Below are positions 25,362 through 35,598 of a stretch of 64,000 nt of DNA, piece after piece (within the stretch, counting starts at the first letter, position 1; each line of letters opens with the position of its first letter). A program made the translations under genes and the position numbers. The notes under the pieces are model-generated. The model was given only the letters and a program-made list of their open reading frames with translations. It searched no databases and was not told where the DNA came from. The stretch is taken from positions 4,086 to 68,085 of the forward strand of contig CAYHBS010000003.1 in the NCBI GenBank assembly GCA_964354975.1, read 5' to 3'. The DNA comes from an uncultured Candidatus Saccharibacteria bacterium. GTDB taxonomy: Bacteria > Patescibacteriota > Minisyncoccia > Ryanbacterales > HO2-45-13.

Positions 25362-26803
25362 TGGTATAACGCATCCGCTACCCTTTGACTAGAGTTACCA
25401 TCCGCATATGTACATTGCTCACGTACAAGTCGCATTCTGCCATTATGATGAGTGGATGGAACGCGAAGTGTTGCGGTGATAAGATCACGCAGTTCATGTG
25501 AAGATTGAGCGAGTTGTATTCCTCCCGTCAGTATGGCATTCCGATAATGTTCCGTTCCATAGAAAAACGTTGGCGAACGAAGCGGATTGATATTTTTGCG
25601 CAACTCAAAATTAATATTAATCACAGGAATATCAAGTATTGCAGCGTCGATCGAAAAACTCGAAGCGTAACATACTACGAGGGCTGCATTTGAAAGCGTT
25701 TCTCGCAGTTGTTGGAGTTGCTCAAAATTCATATCCCAATCTCCACCACGATGCTTCGCAAATCGCTTTGATGGTATTTCGTACCGCAACCAGGGTCGAC
25801 GAGCAATTTCATCATCTTGGATTACATCGTTCGGAGGAAACCGTACAAATAATTTCCATGCGTACACGTCGCGCGCGTCCACTTCAAATTGATGTAAGAG
25901 ATCAATCATATCCCAATCAGAATTGCTAAATGCACTTCCAATGGGACTGTACAGCACTATGCGATCATTCGGATCACAACCAATACGTTCTCCGTGTACG
26001 GCTCGGCTCGCATATGGTGGTAGTTGATGTCCATAAAACGTAGCTACTTCATGGAGAGCCTCCGGACGCACGTACATATCATATTGTGGAAGCCCCACGG
26101 TACGTATGCGGCTCGGAGGAACATCTTGAAATCGTTCCATTTGCGTCACTAATACATCGTTGTACACCGTGTATTGATCTGTTAGTACACGCATTGCGGA
26201 GCGCGCAGTAATTTTATCCCAACTATTCATATAGCCCACCGTGCGTATTCCCATGCGGCGCGCTTCTTTTATCAATTCAACTTCGTCAGGATCCATTTGA
26301 TTTGCGATCATCACGAGATTTGGTCGAATAGACGAAAGAATTTCTTGATAGAAATTTCCAGTGTTGATACTCGCGTCCAATCTTCGGATAGTAGCGCGTA
26401 TGAATGGACGCGCGAGAAGAAAGTGTAAAATAAGTTTATAGTAATAAAATACTATGCCTCCCTTTGTGGCGCTCAGCATACGCGCGCGGAGTGTCGTCGT
26501 GCGAGAGCGCAACATATAATACCGGAGTATTTCAAATGTGTGCTCTCTCCAGTCCGTTTTCCCTGCTCTCCCTGAGTGCACAATAAATTGTATGCGCTCG
26601 TGTTGTATTTCATGGCGGTAGTACTCTAATCGTTCCTGATTTTTTACTAACATCACAACGCGGACATCTTCGTGTTTCAGTAAGTGCATCATGACTCCTG
26701 TGCGTAACAAATTTTTCCCTTCGATACCTTCAAAGATGGGAAGTAGGAGCGTATACGTGGTGGGCACAGTGTGTGTATGCATGAACTCGTTAGCCTTCAT
26801 CAT
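25343..26803 (-). CDS. TagF/CDP-glycerol glycerophosphotransferase-like GT-B protein, paralog 1
   Basis: NSWDKIT, VGLPQYD, VRFPP, SSFSIDAAILDIPVI, DGNSSQRV. Confidence 0.65.
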   Translation of the reverse strand: MMKANEFMHTHTVPTTYTLLLPIFEGIEGKNLLRTGVMMHLLKHEDVRVVMLVKNQERLEYYRHEIQHERIQFIVHSGRAGKTDWREHTFEILRYYMLRSRTTTLRARMLSATKGGIVFYYYKLILHFLLARPFIRATIRRLDASINTGNFYQEILSSIRPNLVMIANQMDPDEVELIKEARRMGIRTVGYMNSWDKITARSAMRVLTDQYTVYNDVLVTQMERFQDVPPSRIRTVGLPQYDMYVRPEALHEVATFYGHQLPPYASRAVHGERIGCDPNDRIVLYSPIGSAFSNSDWDMIDLLHQFEVDARDVYAWKLFVRFPPNDVIQDDEIARRPWLRYEIPSKRFAKHRGGDWDMNFEQLQQLRETLSNAALVVCYASSFSIDAAILDIPVININFELRKNINPLRSPTFFYGTEHYRNAILTGGIQLAQSSHELRDLITATLRVPSTHHNGRMRLVREQCTYADGNSSQRVADALYQWICMQ

Positions 26804-26812
26804 AATGAAAGA

Positions 26813-26844
26813 ATGGGGAACACCGCAAACGCGACGCTCCCCAT
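26813..26844 (-). terminator. Hairpin after Gfo/Idh/MocA gene
   Basis: ATGGGGAGCGTCGC-GTTT-GCGGTGTTCCCCAT then TCTTTC. Confidence 0.6.
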
Positions 26845-26848
26845 ATTG

Positions 26849-27925
26849 TTAGATCTGCTCTCCCGCCCCGACAACATCGGCGGACGCGTCCCCCGTGTAC
26901 TGCGCCCACGATTGCTCGATAACACGTAGTACATCGAGTCCGCTTTGGAGCGATAACGTATTGTTTAACGCCCCTTCCAATACCCGATCGATATACAGCA
27001 TCTCACGAAAAAAATCATCTGGTCGCGTTTTCGGGAATACACGCTCGGACATTTCGCCCGAACTCATTGCAATACGGACCACATCTCCCGTTGGATGCCC
27101 ACCGCACTGCCACTCAATCACTCCGCGGTCTCCCGTAACACGAGCGATCTTCTTGGTCGGCAGGGTCACCACATCTTGCACCACGCGACCCGTGGCCCCG
27201 GACCCCAGCCGAAACTGGAGCAAAGCGACGCGGTCGAATTCTGCCTCACCTTCGCGTTGCACATCAAGCATAGACTGGACACTCGTCCACTTTCCAAGAC
27301 CAGCCGCGAGGCAAAGATGACGGAAGAGATGCAAGGCGTGAGAATGTTCCGAGAGCGCTCCTCCGCCTTTGCGCCAGTATCCGAGATAGGAATCTTCCGG
27401 CCCGGATAGCCATGGATGCGCTGCAAATATCCCTTTCCAGTGCTCCCTGAACTCAACATCAATGGTAATAATCTCGCCAATCAACTGCTTGAAGAGTTGT
27501 TCAGTCACGAACTGAATCGACTCCGACACAGCGTGATCATACCCAACGACAACCTGCGTTTTCGGATATGACTTTAGTGCGCTGAGAAACGCAGGGAGCA
27601 CCGCGTTATTCGGGCTGGTGAAAGGCTTTTCGAGCTGGAGCACCTTTGGCCGCTCTGCAAGCGCCTCAACTGCGAGTGTCATGCGGATTTCTGGCGGCGT
27701 ACAGATGCAAATGACGTCGAATCCTCCTTTCGGTTCCGTACCGCTCTCATAGAGCGAAATACGATCGTCCCACTTTCCATACCGCTGGGGATAGATTTCA
27801 TGCTGCATACGACGCAACGCATCACGTGACACGTCAACAACGACCACATCCCACGACATGCGCCGTGCTGCCTGCGCAAGATGGTTGCCGATTGATCCCG
27901 CGCCGATGATTTTTACTCTTGTCAT
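26849..27925 (-). CDS. Gfo/Idh/MocA family oxidoreductase
   Basis: IIGAGSIGNH, ICTPP, LEKP, GGGALSEHSH; GGAGG SD before ATG 27925. Confidence 0.88.
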   Translation of the reverse strand: MTRVKIIGAGSIGNHLAQAARRMSWDVVVVDVSRDALRRMQHEIYPQRYGKWDDRISLYESGTEPKGGFDVICICTPPEIRMTLAVEALAERPKVLQLEKPFTSPNNAVLPAFLSALKSYPKTQVVVGYDHAVSESIQFVTEQLFKQLIGEIITIDVEFREHWKGIFAAHPWLSGPEDSYLGYWRKGGGALSEHSHALHLFRHLCLAAGLGKWTSVQSMLDVQREGEAEFDRVALLQFRLGSGATGRVVQDVVTLPTKKIARVTGDRGVIEWQCGGHPTGDVVRIAMSSGEMSERVFPKTRPDDFFREMLYIDRVLEGALNNTLSLQSGLDVLRVIEQSWAQYTGDASADVVGAGEQI

Positions 27926-27956
27926 TTTACTGACCTCCAAAGAATTCGTTTGGATT

Positions 27957-28700
27957 TTATACTGAAAATATCTTTTCGTCAAGATTTTTAGGAGTAAGTC
28001 CCTGTTCGGTCACCAGACGCTCTGCACGCTGAAAATCATTTTCTGTATCAATATTGATAGATTCTTCGGCGGTCATCGCGTATCCAAGTATACGTTTCCC
28101 CGTCATAGAACGCTGCTGCAGAATCGTTTCTGTCCAAAAGGCGTTCATGCAGCCATTATTTTGATAGATAGACGGAAGCGCTTGCCGAGGCATATTAAAT
28201 GGATCGGCAATATGTTCGGGATTTTCGGAAAACAGTGGTATAAGCATATCACTTTCCATTCTCCACATTTTATATGGATGTTTTTCAACGACAGTAACGG
28301 CACGCACTGAATCTGCTCTTTCCTTCCCTGCGCGATCAAGTAGCTCAATACCCTCACTGATGCGACGCGCACCGCGAAATGGAGAGGTTGCTCGGAGATC
28401 AACAATCATATCCGGCATGTCCGATACATAAGCACACAAATAGTCAGTGAACACCTCAAGATCAGTTGTGAGATCTGCCCCAAGGTGCGGTGCACGACGA
28501 TAGACTTTTGCGCCAAAAGAACTTGCAACATTCGCAATTTCTTCATCATCCGTATTCACTACAATATCACAAATTGCAGGCACACGGCGTGCGGCAAGAA
28601 TCGTCCATGCAATGAGGGGCACGGATCCGAGCGTGCGAATATTCTTTCGAGGCACTCCCTTTGAACCGCCCCGGGCAGGAATCACCGCGATAGCCTTCAT
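27957..28700 (-). CDS. NeuA-family cytidylyltransferase #2
   Basis: IPARGGSKGVPRKN, NTDD, LRATSPFR, HPYKMW, PRQALP, INID. Confidence 0.92.
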   Translation of the reverse strand: MKAIAVIPARGGSKGVPRKNIRTLGSVPLIAWTILAARRVPAICDIVVNTDDEEIANVASSFGAKVYRRAPHLGADLTTDLEVFTDYLCAYVSDMPDMIVDLRATSPFRGARRISEGIELLDRAGKERADSVRAVTVVEKHPYKMWRMESDMLIPLFSENPEHIADPFNMPRQALPSIYQNNGCMNAFWTETILQQRSMTGKRILGYAMTAEESINIDTENDFQRAERLVTEQGLTPKNLDEKIFSV

Positions 28701-30256
28701 GCAATCACCTCGTCGGCGTCATCAAACTGGTGACGCCCCCAATTCATCAATTTTGTTTTACGATCTTCCCGAGGAATATTTGCAATGCGACGATCAATAT
28801 AAAATGAGTCCCCTTGTGTTTCCATGGCGGTGGTGGAAACCTCTTCCACGATGACTCCCGTTTCCGTCCAGAAAGAATGCCACACACCACGAGGCACCCA
28901 TAATGTATCCCCTGGAGTCAGTAAGCGTGTCTTTCCCTCAATCTCCGCAATGAGCTCCCCAGAAAGAACGTGGAATGTTTCGTCTTTTGCCTTATGATAG
29001 TGCGTTGGGTTCATCTGACCTGGAAACTGAATGATGAGTTTCTTTGCGTACTCACGGTTAATACAATCAATAATCATACATCCAGTAGTATGAAATTGTC
29101 CGAGCCCATAGTGGTGTGAAAGTTCAACTTTAAAATCATGGCTAAGTGGAATTTTTGCTTCGTTGAGCATGCCCTTTGCAATATGAATTGCGGAATAGAC
29201 CACATCCTTCTTTGTTCGGTGTTTCGGTGCAACCACGGCACTGATTGCGGTATCTTTTTTATAGTCTCTGTCAGCAATAAGTCCTTTCTTAAATGATCCG
29301 CTGGTGAGCTGCCCCGGTTGTAGCGGCATCGCAAAATATACTTGGGAGCGATCAATCACTGAACCAGCCAAAATATCCTCGGAAACAAATACTCCGCGCA
29401 TCAATGAATCAAGATCTGCACGCTCCACATCGGCAATCATTCGCTCCTTATTCTCTCCGATTGCCGCAACTGCTTCCTGATATGCCTGTAACCATTTTTT
29501 CACCTGTTTTGGCGTCGCGGAATATGCATTTAATTTAATAGTATCAGTGGCAACACCTACGTGCTTTTCAAAAATTCTGGCTCCACGCGCATAGGCAAGT
29601 CCGATTGCAGTAGTATTATTCGGATCTTCATGCGTTGAAAATCCAATAATAATATGCGGGTATCTCGCTTTTAATTTCGCGATATGATCTAAATGCAACG
29701 CATCAATAGGCGTTGGATACTGCGCAACACAATGCATTAGTGCAAAATTGATTCCGCGATGTTCGAAGAAGCTAACAATCTTATCAACGTCGTGAAGTAA
29801 CAATCCACCAGTGGAAACAATAACTGGCTTTCCAGTAGAAGCGATTTCCTCCAGCAGTGGCCAATCGTGCGCGGAGCAACTTGCCACCTTTATAATATCT
29901 ACCCCAAGATCAACTGCGACTTTGACAGAGCGCTCATCAAAGGGGGTCGCCATAGCCAGTAGACCAAGCTTTTTTGCTGTATTCAGTAATTCTTTAAACT
30001 GCTCGGTGGTGAGACGTGTATCCAAAAAACGAGGAATGTGCTTAATATCCTTCCGATTCGTGTAGCTGGGGTGAATAAACGTATCAAGGTCTCGAAGCTG
30101 AATCTTGATTGCCCCACGCACATGCATTTCTTTGGCAACCGTCGCAATCTCCTGGATTATGCGTGCTCCATGCTCCATGCTCCCTTGGTGATTATTCGCC
30201 ATTTCAAACGTAAAAAGCTCTTTGAAATCAAATTTGTTGGGTACTTGTGCGAGCAT
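28697..30256 (-). CDS. NeuB-family synthase #3 fused to SAF and C-terminal cupin domain
   Basis: FEMANNHQG, KVASCS, MHCVAQYP, GFSTHE, FEKH; C-terminal YAKKLI...PTHYHKAKDETFHVLSG...HSF..EEVST. Confidence 0.88.
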   Translation of the reverse strand: MLAQVPNKFDFKELFTFEMANNHQGSMEHGARIIQEIATVAKEMHVRGAIKIQLRDLDTFIHPSYTNRKDIKHIPRFLDTRLTTEQFKELLNTAKKLGLLAMATPFDERSVKVAVDLGVDIIKVASCSAHDWPLLEEIASTGKPVIVSTGGLLLHDVDKIVSFFEHRGINFALMHCVAQYPTPIDALHLDHIAKLKARYPHIIIGFSTHEDPNNTTAIGLAYARGARIFEKHVGVATDTIKLNAYSATPKQVKKWLQAYQEAVAAIGENKERMIADVERADLDSLMRGVFVSEDILAGSVIDRSQVYFAMPLQPGQLTSGSFKKGLIADRDYKKDTAISAVVAPKHRTKKDVVYSAIHIAKGMLNEAKIPLSHDFKVELSHHYGLGQFHTTGCMIIDCINREYAKKLIIQFPGQMNPTHYHKAKDETFHVLSGELIAEIEGKTRLLTPGDTLWVPRGVWHSFWTETGVIVEEVSTTAMETQGDSFYIDRRIANIPREDRKTKLMNWGRHQFDDADEVIA

Positions 30257-30299
30257 ATAGTAGGCGCAAATTAGCAGTTTTTTTGATAAAAGTCAATTA

Positions 30300-31730
30300 T
30301 CATTTCATGAGATATTTCCCCAATAAAGGAAGGGAGCGAACTGCGGCACGGGCGTACGTGCGATCCGTTTCATTAAAGCGAAATAACGATGAAAATGGAA
30401 ACCGCTGAATAAATCCTGTGCGCACCAAATAGTAATACTTAGATATAACGACAAATCCATAGGCAAAAGTTTCTGCAATTGCAAGTCCCGAAAGCCCCAT
30501 GATTGGAACTAACCCTAGCATCGCTCCTGCACGGACCGTCTGCTCTACCAGTGATTGGGCTGCGATAAATCGCTGGCGTCGCTCTGCTACAAGAAATATA
30601 TTTGTTAATTTGGTAAATGCAAAAAGAAACACCGTAGGAAGAAGCAAATAAAATAGCGTGATGGAGTCCGTCAGATGCGGAAACAAGATGTGCACTGCGA
30701 TCGGATACCCCACCGCCCCACCACATATCAATACGATACTCAACACTACGTAGTATTTTGTTCCGAAAACAAAAATGCGATTCATACGATCTCGATCCCC
30801 TACCACGCGGGGAATCAACGCATTCAATGTCCTAGTGGGAATAACATCCTTCAAAAGTGATGTTGCCATACTTGCGACGCTGTAGATACCCACTGATGCT
30901 GTATTCAAAAATGCACGAATAATCCACGGGCGGATATTCCCGAGCATATTCCGAATTGAAGTTTCGATGATCTGCCAACCACCATATTGTTTAATGAGTC
31001 TATATAATTGTCCTCGAGGGGCAGCCGTGAAGTTCGCCCACGCTCGCGTCGTACGCAGCGCTGGCCCGAGAATTGTGAGTACCGCAATCGTCATGCCAAC
31101 AAGTTGTCCGAGCAAGAGTTGTGTAATGGTGAGTTGATCTTTGAAAAAGAAATAACCCACAAAACACACTTCACCAAATTTTTGGAGTGATGGTCGCATG
31201 GCGAGCACTTTAAACTGCAATGATGCGGAGAGTAATTGATTCAACATGCCAAGCACCCCTTGTAACACAAATATAAGTGACAATATGCGTGCCCAAAGAA
31301 AAAACTCACTCCCATATGAAGGAAGTACCTGTGGCAGCAGCATCCACACTGCCACTGCCGGAATAAGCACAAACATCATTCTAAACAATGCGTGCTCCCA
31401 GAATAATCTTTTTGCACGCGCGTGGTTACCCTCTCCAATGGCACGAGTGATTTCATTTGCAGTAATAGACGCGAAGAGATCGTGACAAATATCAGACGCG
31501 ATGGTGAACCCAGAAAGTAAGAGCTGATACAATCCCAGTTGATACAAATCGAGTGTGCGCAGGACAAAAAATGAGCCGACGAGCCCAACTCCCTTTTTGA
31601 TAAAACTCCAAAGGCCAAGATGAAATTCGCCGCCAATAAAAGTATTGAGTGAAGGCGTATTCACTTCTTCTACTGCAATGCGTTGATACACCAACACGTG
31701 TGGCGACACATCAGAATCGGGATGCATCAT
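30300..31730 (-). CDS. Wzx-type oligosaccharide flippase
   Basis: Many TM segments, GLYQL and VGIYSVA repeats, GLSGLAIA; glycan-locus context. Confidence 0.75.
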   Translation of the reverse strand: MMHPDSDVSPHVLVYQRIAVEEVNTPSLNTFIGGEFHLGLWSFIKKGVGLVGSFFVLRTLDLYQLGLYQLLLSGFTIASDICHDLFASITANEITRAIGEGNHARAKRLFWEHALFRMMFVLIPAVAVWMLLPQVLPSYGSEFFLWARILSLIFVLQGVLGMLNQLLSASLQFKVLAMRPSLQKFGEVCFVGYFFFKDQLTITQLLLGQLVGMTIAVLTILGPALRTTRAWANFTAAPRGQLYRLIKQYGGWQIIETSIRNMLGNIRPWIIRAFLNTASVGIYSVASMATSLLKDVIPTRTLNALIPRVVGDRDRMNRIFVFGTKYYVVLSIVLICGGAVGYPIAVHILFPHLTDSITLFYLLLPTVFLFAFTKLTNIFLVAERRQRFIAAQSLVEQTVRAGAMLGLVPIMGLSGLAIAETFAYGFVVISKYYYLVRTGFIQRFPFSSLFRFNETDRTYARAAVRSLPLLGKYLMK

Positions 31731-31744
31731 ACAAGTGTTGCGGA

Positions 31745-32539
31745 TTATGCACTATGCGTAAAGCGATAGAGTGCAATTGCGCCAGAATGGGCGTGATCGA
31801 CCTCCAGCGGAAGTGCGCGGTCACGTAACCAATGCAGCAAGCGATCGATGTGCGTAGCATCGATCTGGAGTCCAGAATCTTTTGCAACGCCAGGAAGCCT
31901 TCGCGCAAGATCATCAAGTAATTTCCCTCCATGCGCCCACTCATGATCAAAGGTGCTCCAGTCTAATTTCATCTGAAGTTCCTGGGCGAAAAATTCAAAA
32001 TCCTTTGGAGTAAAATAATAAATATCCGCAAGCGTGATTCTCGCGTCCATCAGTAAATACAGCGTCATCAGTATATACCCCCTGGGATTGGACCAATTGG
32101 GACACGTGATAATCATCACACCGTTGGGAGCAAGGAGTGACTTGAGATGTCGTAGTACCGCGAGTGGAGTATCCATATGTTCTATCGTGCCCATGGAGAC
32201 AATCACGTCGTACGTACCCGTAACGCGCGTCACTTCACCGCATTCGTACTGCAGTCCTGGGACGTGATATTTTGATTGTGCAATTGCGACGGCTTCAGGG
32301 GCGTAATCAAGACCCATGGCAGTTGATGCTCCGTGCTGCATCGCAAGAAATGCAAATTCTCCGGTTCCACATCCAACGTCGAGAACCCGCTTACCCTTCC
32401 AATCAAGCTCCGCGAGCACCGCCATTTTATCGACGGCATGTTTTCCTTTTGAGAGGAGTAATTTTGTGTAGTGATCATCTTCTCCTTTGCGGTACACCGC
32501 ATCGTAGAATGCCTTCAAATCGTCGTTTTTCATTGACAT
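31745..32539 (-). CDS. Class I SAM-dependent methyltransferase
   Basis: VLDVGCGTG, YDVIV..GTIEH, LAPNG, TCPN. Confidence 0.88.
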   Translation of the reverse strand: MSMKNDDLKAFYDAVYRKGEDDHYTKLLLSKGKHAVDKMAVLAELDWKGKRVLDVGCGTGEFAFLAMQHGASTAMGLDYAPEAVAIAQSKYHVPGLQYECGEVTRVTGTYDVIVSMGTIEHMDTPLAVLRHLKSLLAPNGVMIITCPNWSNPRGYILMTLYLLMDARITLADIYYFTPKDFEFFAQELQMKLDWSTFDHEWAHGGKLLDDLARRLPGVAKDSGLQIDATHIDRLLHWLRDRALPLEVDHAHSGAIALYRFTHSA

Positions 32540-32763
32540 ATTACCAATAATAATCGAATGCGCAGGCATTCTCAAGCACTAACGCTTTTGACGTGCCCGA
32601 AGTTATTTGTGAATATCAGTCACGAAGACCGTCATTCACAAACAATATATTTTGCGCTAGTTCCCATTGGTCACCACAATCAATGCTGATTTATATACAC
32701 ATCTACACGCCGCGCGAAGAACAACAAAATAATACAACAACGCTCGTCGTATTTTCGACGTTG

Positions 32764-33750
32764 TTACAAACCAGATGTTCGTGAATTGTGTTTACGTTTA
32801 AAAAACTGCAGCACTATCGATGAAATGTAGCGTTGCGTACGCGCGGTTGCCTCAACGGTGGCTCCACCGAGATGAGGAAGTATGATGAGATTCTCGTGGG
32901 TCCGCGCGTATTCTACAAGATCGTTGTGTTGTAAGTGCGTCCCCAGTGGATCCTCCCCTGTCAGAGTATCAATGCCCGCACCCGCGATGCGTCGTGAGCG
33001 CAATGCGGCAAGCAATGCGCGTTCGTCAGTGAGCTCACCCCTCGCAGTATTAATGAAGAATGCACTCTGCTTCATTAACGCAAAATGTTTTTGTTGCAAC
33101 ATACCAATGTTCGCGTCATTAAACGTCGCGTGTAGAGATACAATATCAGATTTACGAAGCACCGTTTCTAGCGACACTTTGGTTGCGTGGTCGGCCCGGA
33201 TACGAGAACTTGCAATCTTTGGATCATATGCGATCACACGCATACCAAACGCACGTCCGTACTGCGCAACCATACGCCCAAGTCGGCCATACCCAATGAT
33301 ACCGAGTGTTTTTCCCTTTAGTTCAATCCCGGCGTACTTGCGTCGATCCCATACTCCCTGCTTTATTTGATCGAATGCCCAAGGAATGTTTCTTGTGAGC
33401 GAAAGAATGAGTGCAAAGGCCTCTTCTGCGGTAGATGTTGTTTGTTGTAATACTGCAGAATCGGGCTTAATGTGTAACACTGTAATTCCGTTTGTCGAAC
33501 AGTACGTCAAATCAATGTAGCGTAATTGGGTGGTACGCGACCCTATCACGCGAAGACGTGTGGCCTTTTTGAGTAGCGTTGCATCACATCGCACATCGAT
33601 GCCAGTAATCAGCGCATCAGCACTTCGTAAGGCGCGAAGAAATGTTGCGCCTGAAGTCGCCACCGTGACATTCGCCTTCTTTCGCAACAGCGCTCGCGCT
33701 GTTGCATCAAACTGATTTTCCGCAACAAGAATGTTTATCTGTTTTTGCAT
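32764..33750 (-). CDS. D-isomer-specific 2-hydroxyacid dehydrogenase (SerA-like)
   Basis: ELKGKTLGIIGYGRLG, SDIVSLH, FINTARG, LPHLGGAT. Confidence 0.9.
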   Translation of the reverse strand: MQKQINILVAENQFDATARALLRKKANVTVATSGATFLRALRSADALITGIDVRCDATLLKKATRLRVIGSRTTQLRYIDLTYCSTNGITVLHIKPDSAVLQQTTSTAEEAFALILSLTRNIPWAFDQIKQGVWDRRKYAGIELKGKTLGIIGYGRLGRMVAQYGRAFGMRVIAYDPKIASSRIRADHATKVSLETVLRKSDIVSLHATFNDANIGMLQQKHFALMKQSAFFINTARGELTDERALLAALRSRRIAGAGIDTLTGEDPLGTHLQHNDLVEYARTHENLIILPHLGGATVEATARTQRYISSIVLQFFKRKHNSRTSGL

Positions 33751-34436
33751 AGCTGCGAAGCAATGGAGAGATCATCCGGATCATTAATATCGTATGCGCT
33801 GATCACATCAATAGGAACACCCACTCGCTTCCCGACCTCTAGTTTCCGCTCGCTCAACAGCGGGCCGCTGCGCACCCAATAGAGATTCCCAAATGCCCAG
33901 TATGGTGTATCGGACTGCCTTGTGGGGTGCGCATAGTGGTCACGCTCAGACACAAATGTAAGGATACCAGACTCATCCATTGCGCGAATATGAAACGGGT
34001 GAAAAATACGCGGCACGGGTACGATGGTTATGCCAGAATCCGCCTGCTCACGAAGCATGCGTTCGTACACTGCATCGATTTGTGCCGATGTGACAAATGG
34101 AGACGTTGGTTGCACAACCACAACATACTCCGGCATGTCATTTTCGTGATCTCTCATCCATTCCACAGCATGCACAATTGGATCAACACCGGGTGTAGCA
34201 TCCGTTGAAAGTTCTGTTGGGCGCATAAACGGCACTTCTACTCCAAGCGACGCAGCAACCTGCGCAATTTCCGCATCATCGGTAGAAACGATAATGCGCT
34301 CTACAGATGATGCGCCCTTGAGTGCGCGAATGACATGTCCAACGAGAGGCACCCCGCAGAGCGGAACAATATTTTTTTTAGGTATCGATTTTGAGCCCCC
34401 TCGTGCGGGAATAATTGCGACGGTACGCGTGGCCAT
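33735..34436 (-). CDS. NeuA-family cytidylyltransferase #3
   Basis: IPARGGSKSIPKKN, VSTDD, QPTSPF, RQ, DIND. Confidence 0.92.
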   Translation of the reverse strand: MATRTVAIIPARGGSKSIPKKNIVPLCGVPLVGHVIRALKGASSVERIIVSTDDAEIAQVAASLGVEVPFMRPTELSTDATPGVDPIVHAVEWMRDHENDMPEYVVVVQPTSPFVTSAQIDAVYERMLREQADSGITIVPVPRIFHPFHIRAMDESGILTFVSERDHYAHPTRQSDTPYWAFGNLYWVRSGPLLSERKLEVGKRVGVPIDVISAYDINDPDDLSIASQLCKNR

Positions 34437-34437
34437 T

Positions 34438-35598
34438 TTAGTACGTAATACGTTTCTCAAGTAATGCGTGATTGAGTGCAACATGCTTCAGTACTTTGAC
34501 AATTTTTTCCGCCGCCCTTCCGTTGCCGTACACTTTTCCACACCGCTTGAGTGATATGCGAAATTCCTGATCGCGTAATGCAACAAGTAGTGCGTTAAAA
34601 ATTTCCTTTACCGTTGTCCCGGGGGTATCGATCACATTGAAATCTCTTAGTCTCCCTTGCTGTCGTTTTCCAATATTTACAGCGGGCAAACGAAACAACG
34701 GCGCCTCAATAATTCCAGAACTCGAATTGCCAATCAGCGCGCGCGCTTCGCTCATGAGACCCAGAAAATCTGGAGCATCAATATTTTTGTGCACCTGGAA
34801 TTGCGGTTCATGGCTATACATTTGTATCGCACGCACAACTCCTTCATACCCCTGATCGGAGCATGGATACACAATAATCGCACGAGTCCCCATTTCTTTT
34901 ACTGCTTTGAGTGTGCGCCTCATTTGCTCGAACGAAAGTTTTGGTTCCGTATTGACAGAGTGTTGTAATACAATGATGAATTCTTCTTTCGTGCCGAGTT
35001 GATATTTCTTTCGTGCTTCTGCCTCTTTTGTAAACATACGTGCCTTAATCAAATCGAGATGTGTATCACCAACAATATGAATACGCTTCTCCTCTTCACC
35101 CATGCGCAGGATTCTTCGCCCACTGTCATCGGTGGAAGGAAAATGAATGTGGGACATCTTCGTAATGGCGTGACGAAACACTTCGTCGAGGTTACCAGAT
35201 ACATCACCGCCCTGAATGTGAGCAACGGGGATTCCTAAATTATTTGCCGCAATAACCCCAGCAAGCACCTCTCCGCGATCGCCCAAACAAAGAAAAATAT
35301 CTGGACGCAAGCGCTTGAGCACCCGAGAGATTTCAGACAGCCCCTTCCCCAGCGCCACACTTCGCTCAACAGAGCTTCCATCTTTTTGGCCAAGATCGAT
35401 TTTTCCCTTCACGGGAAATAATTTTTCAACTTCAAGCAGCGTTTTTCCAAACTTGTCACTTAAATGCATATCCGTCACGACAAGTTGCAACTCTAACAAT
35501 GGATCTTTCTGAATAAGCTGCATGGTACGCATGAGGGCGCCAAAACCTCCGCGCTTTCCGGAAAGTACACAAATTTTTCTTTTCCGATGAGCAATCAT
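34438..35598 (-). CDS. NeuC-family hydrolysing 2-epimerase #2
   Basis: VTDMHLS..FGKT, LGDRGE, AHIQGGDVSGNLDE..RHAITK, IGNSSSGIIEAP, NIGKRQ. Confidence 0.92.
   Translation of the reverse strand: MIAHRKRKICVLSGKRGGFGALMRTMQLIQKDPLLELQLVVTDMHLSDKFGKTLLEVEKLFPVKGKIDLGQKDGSSVERSVALGKGLSEISRVLKRLRPDIFLCLGDRGEVLAGVIAANNLGIPVAHIQGGDVSGNLDEVFRHAITKMSHIHFPSTDDSGRRILRMGEEEKRIHIVGDTHLDLIKARMFTKEAEARKKYQLGTKEEFIIVLQHSVNTEPKLSFEQMRRTLKAVKEMGTRAIIVYPCSDQGYEGVVRAIQMYSHEPQFQVHKNIDAPDFLGLMSEARALIGNSSSGIIEAPLFRLPAVNIGKRQQGRLRDFNVIDTPGTTVKEIFNALLVALRDQEFRISLKRCGKVYGNGRAAEKIVKVLKHVALNHALLEKRITY

Noticed and set aside
32540-32763. Intergenic gap with TTTGTGAAT/ATTCACAAA inverted repeat and a weak hairpin
   Set aside because: AT-rich 9-bp arms could be chance or an ordinary operator/terminator; no JUMPstart/ops match.
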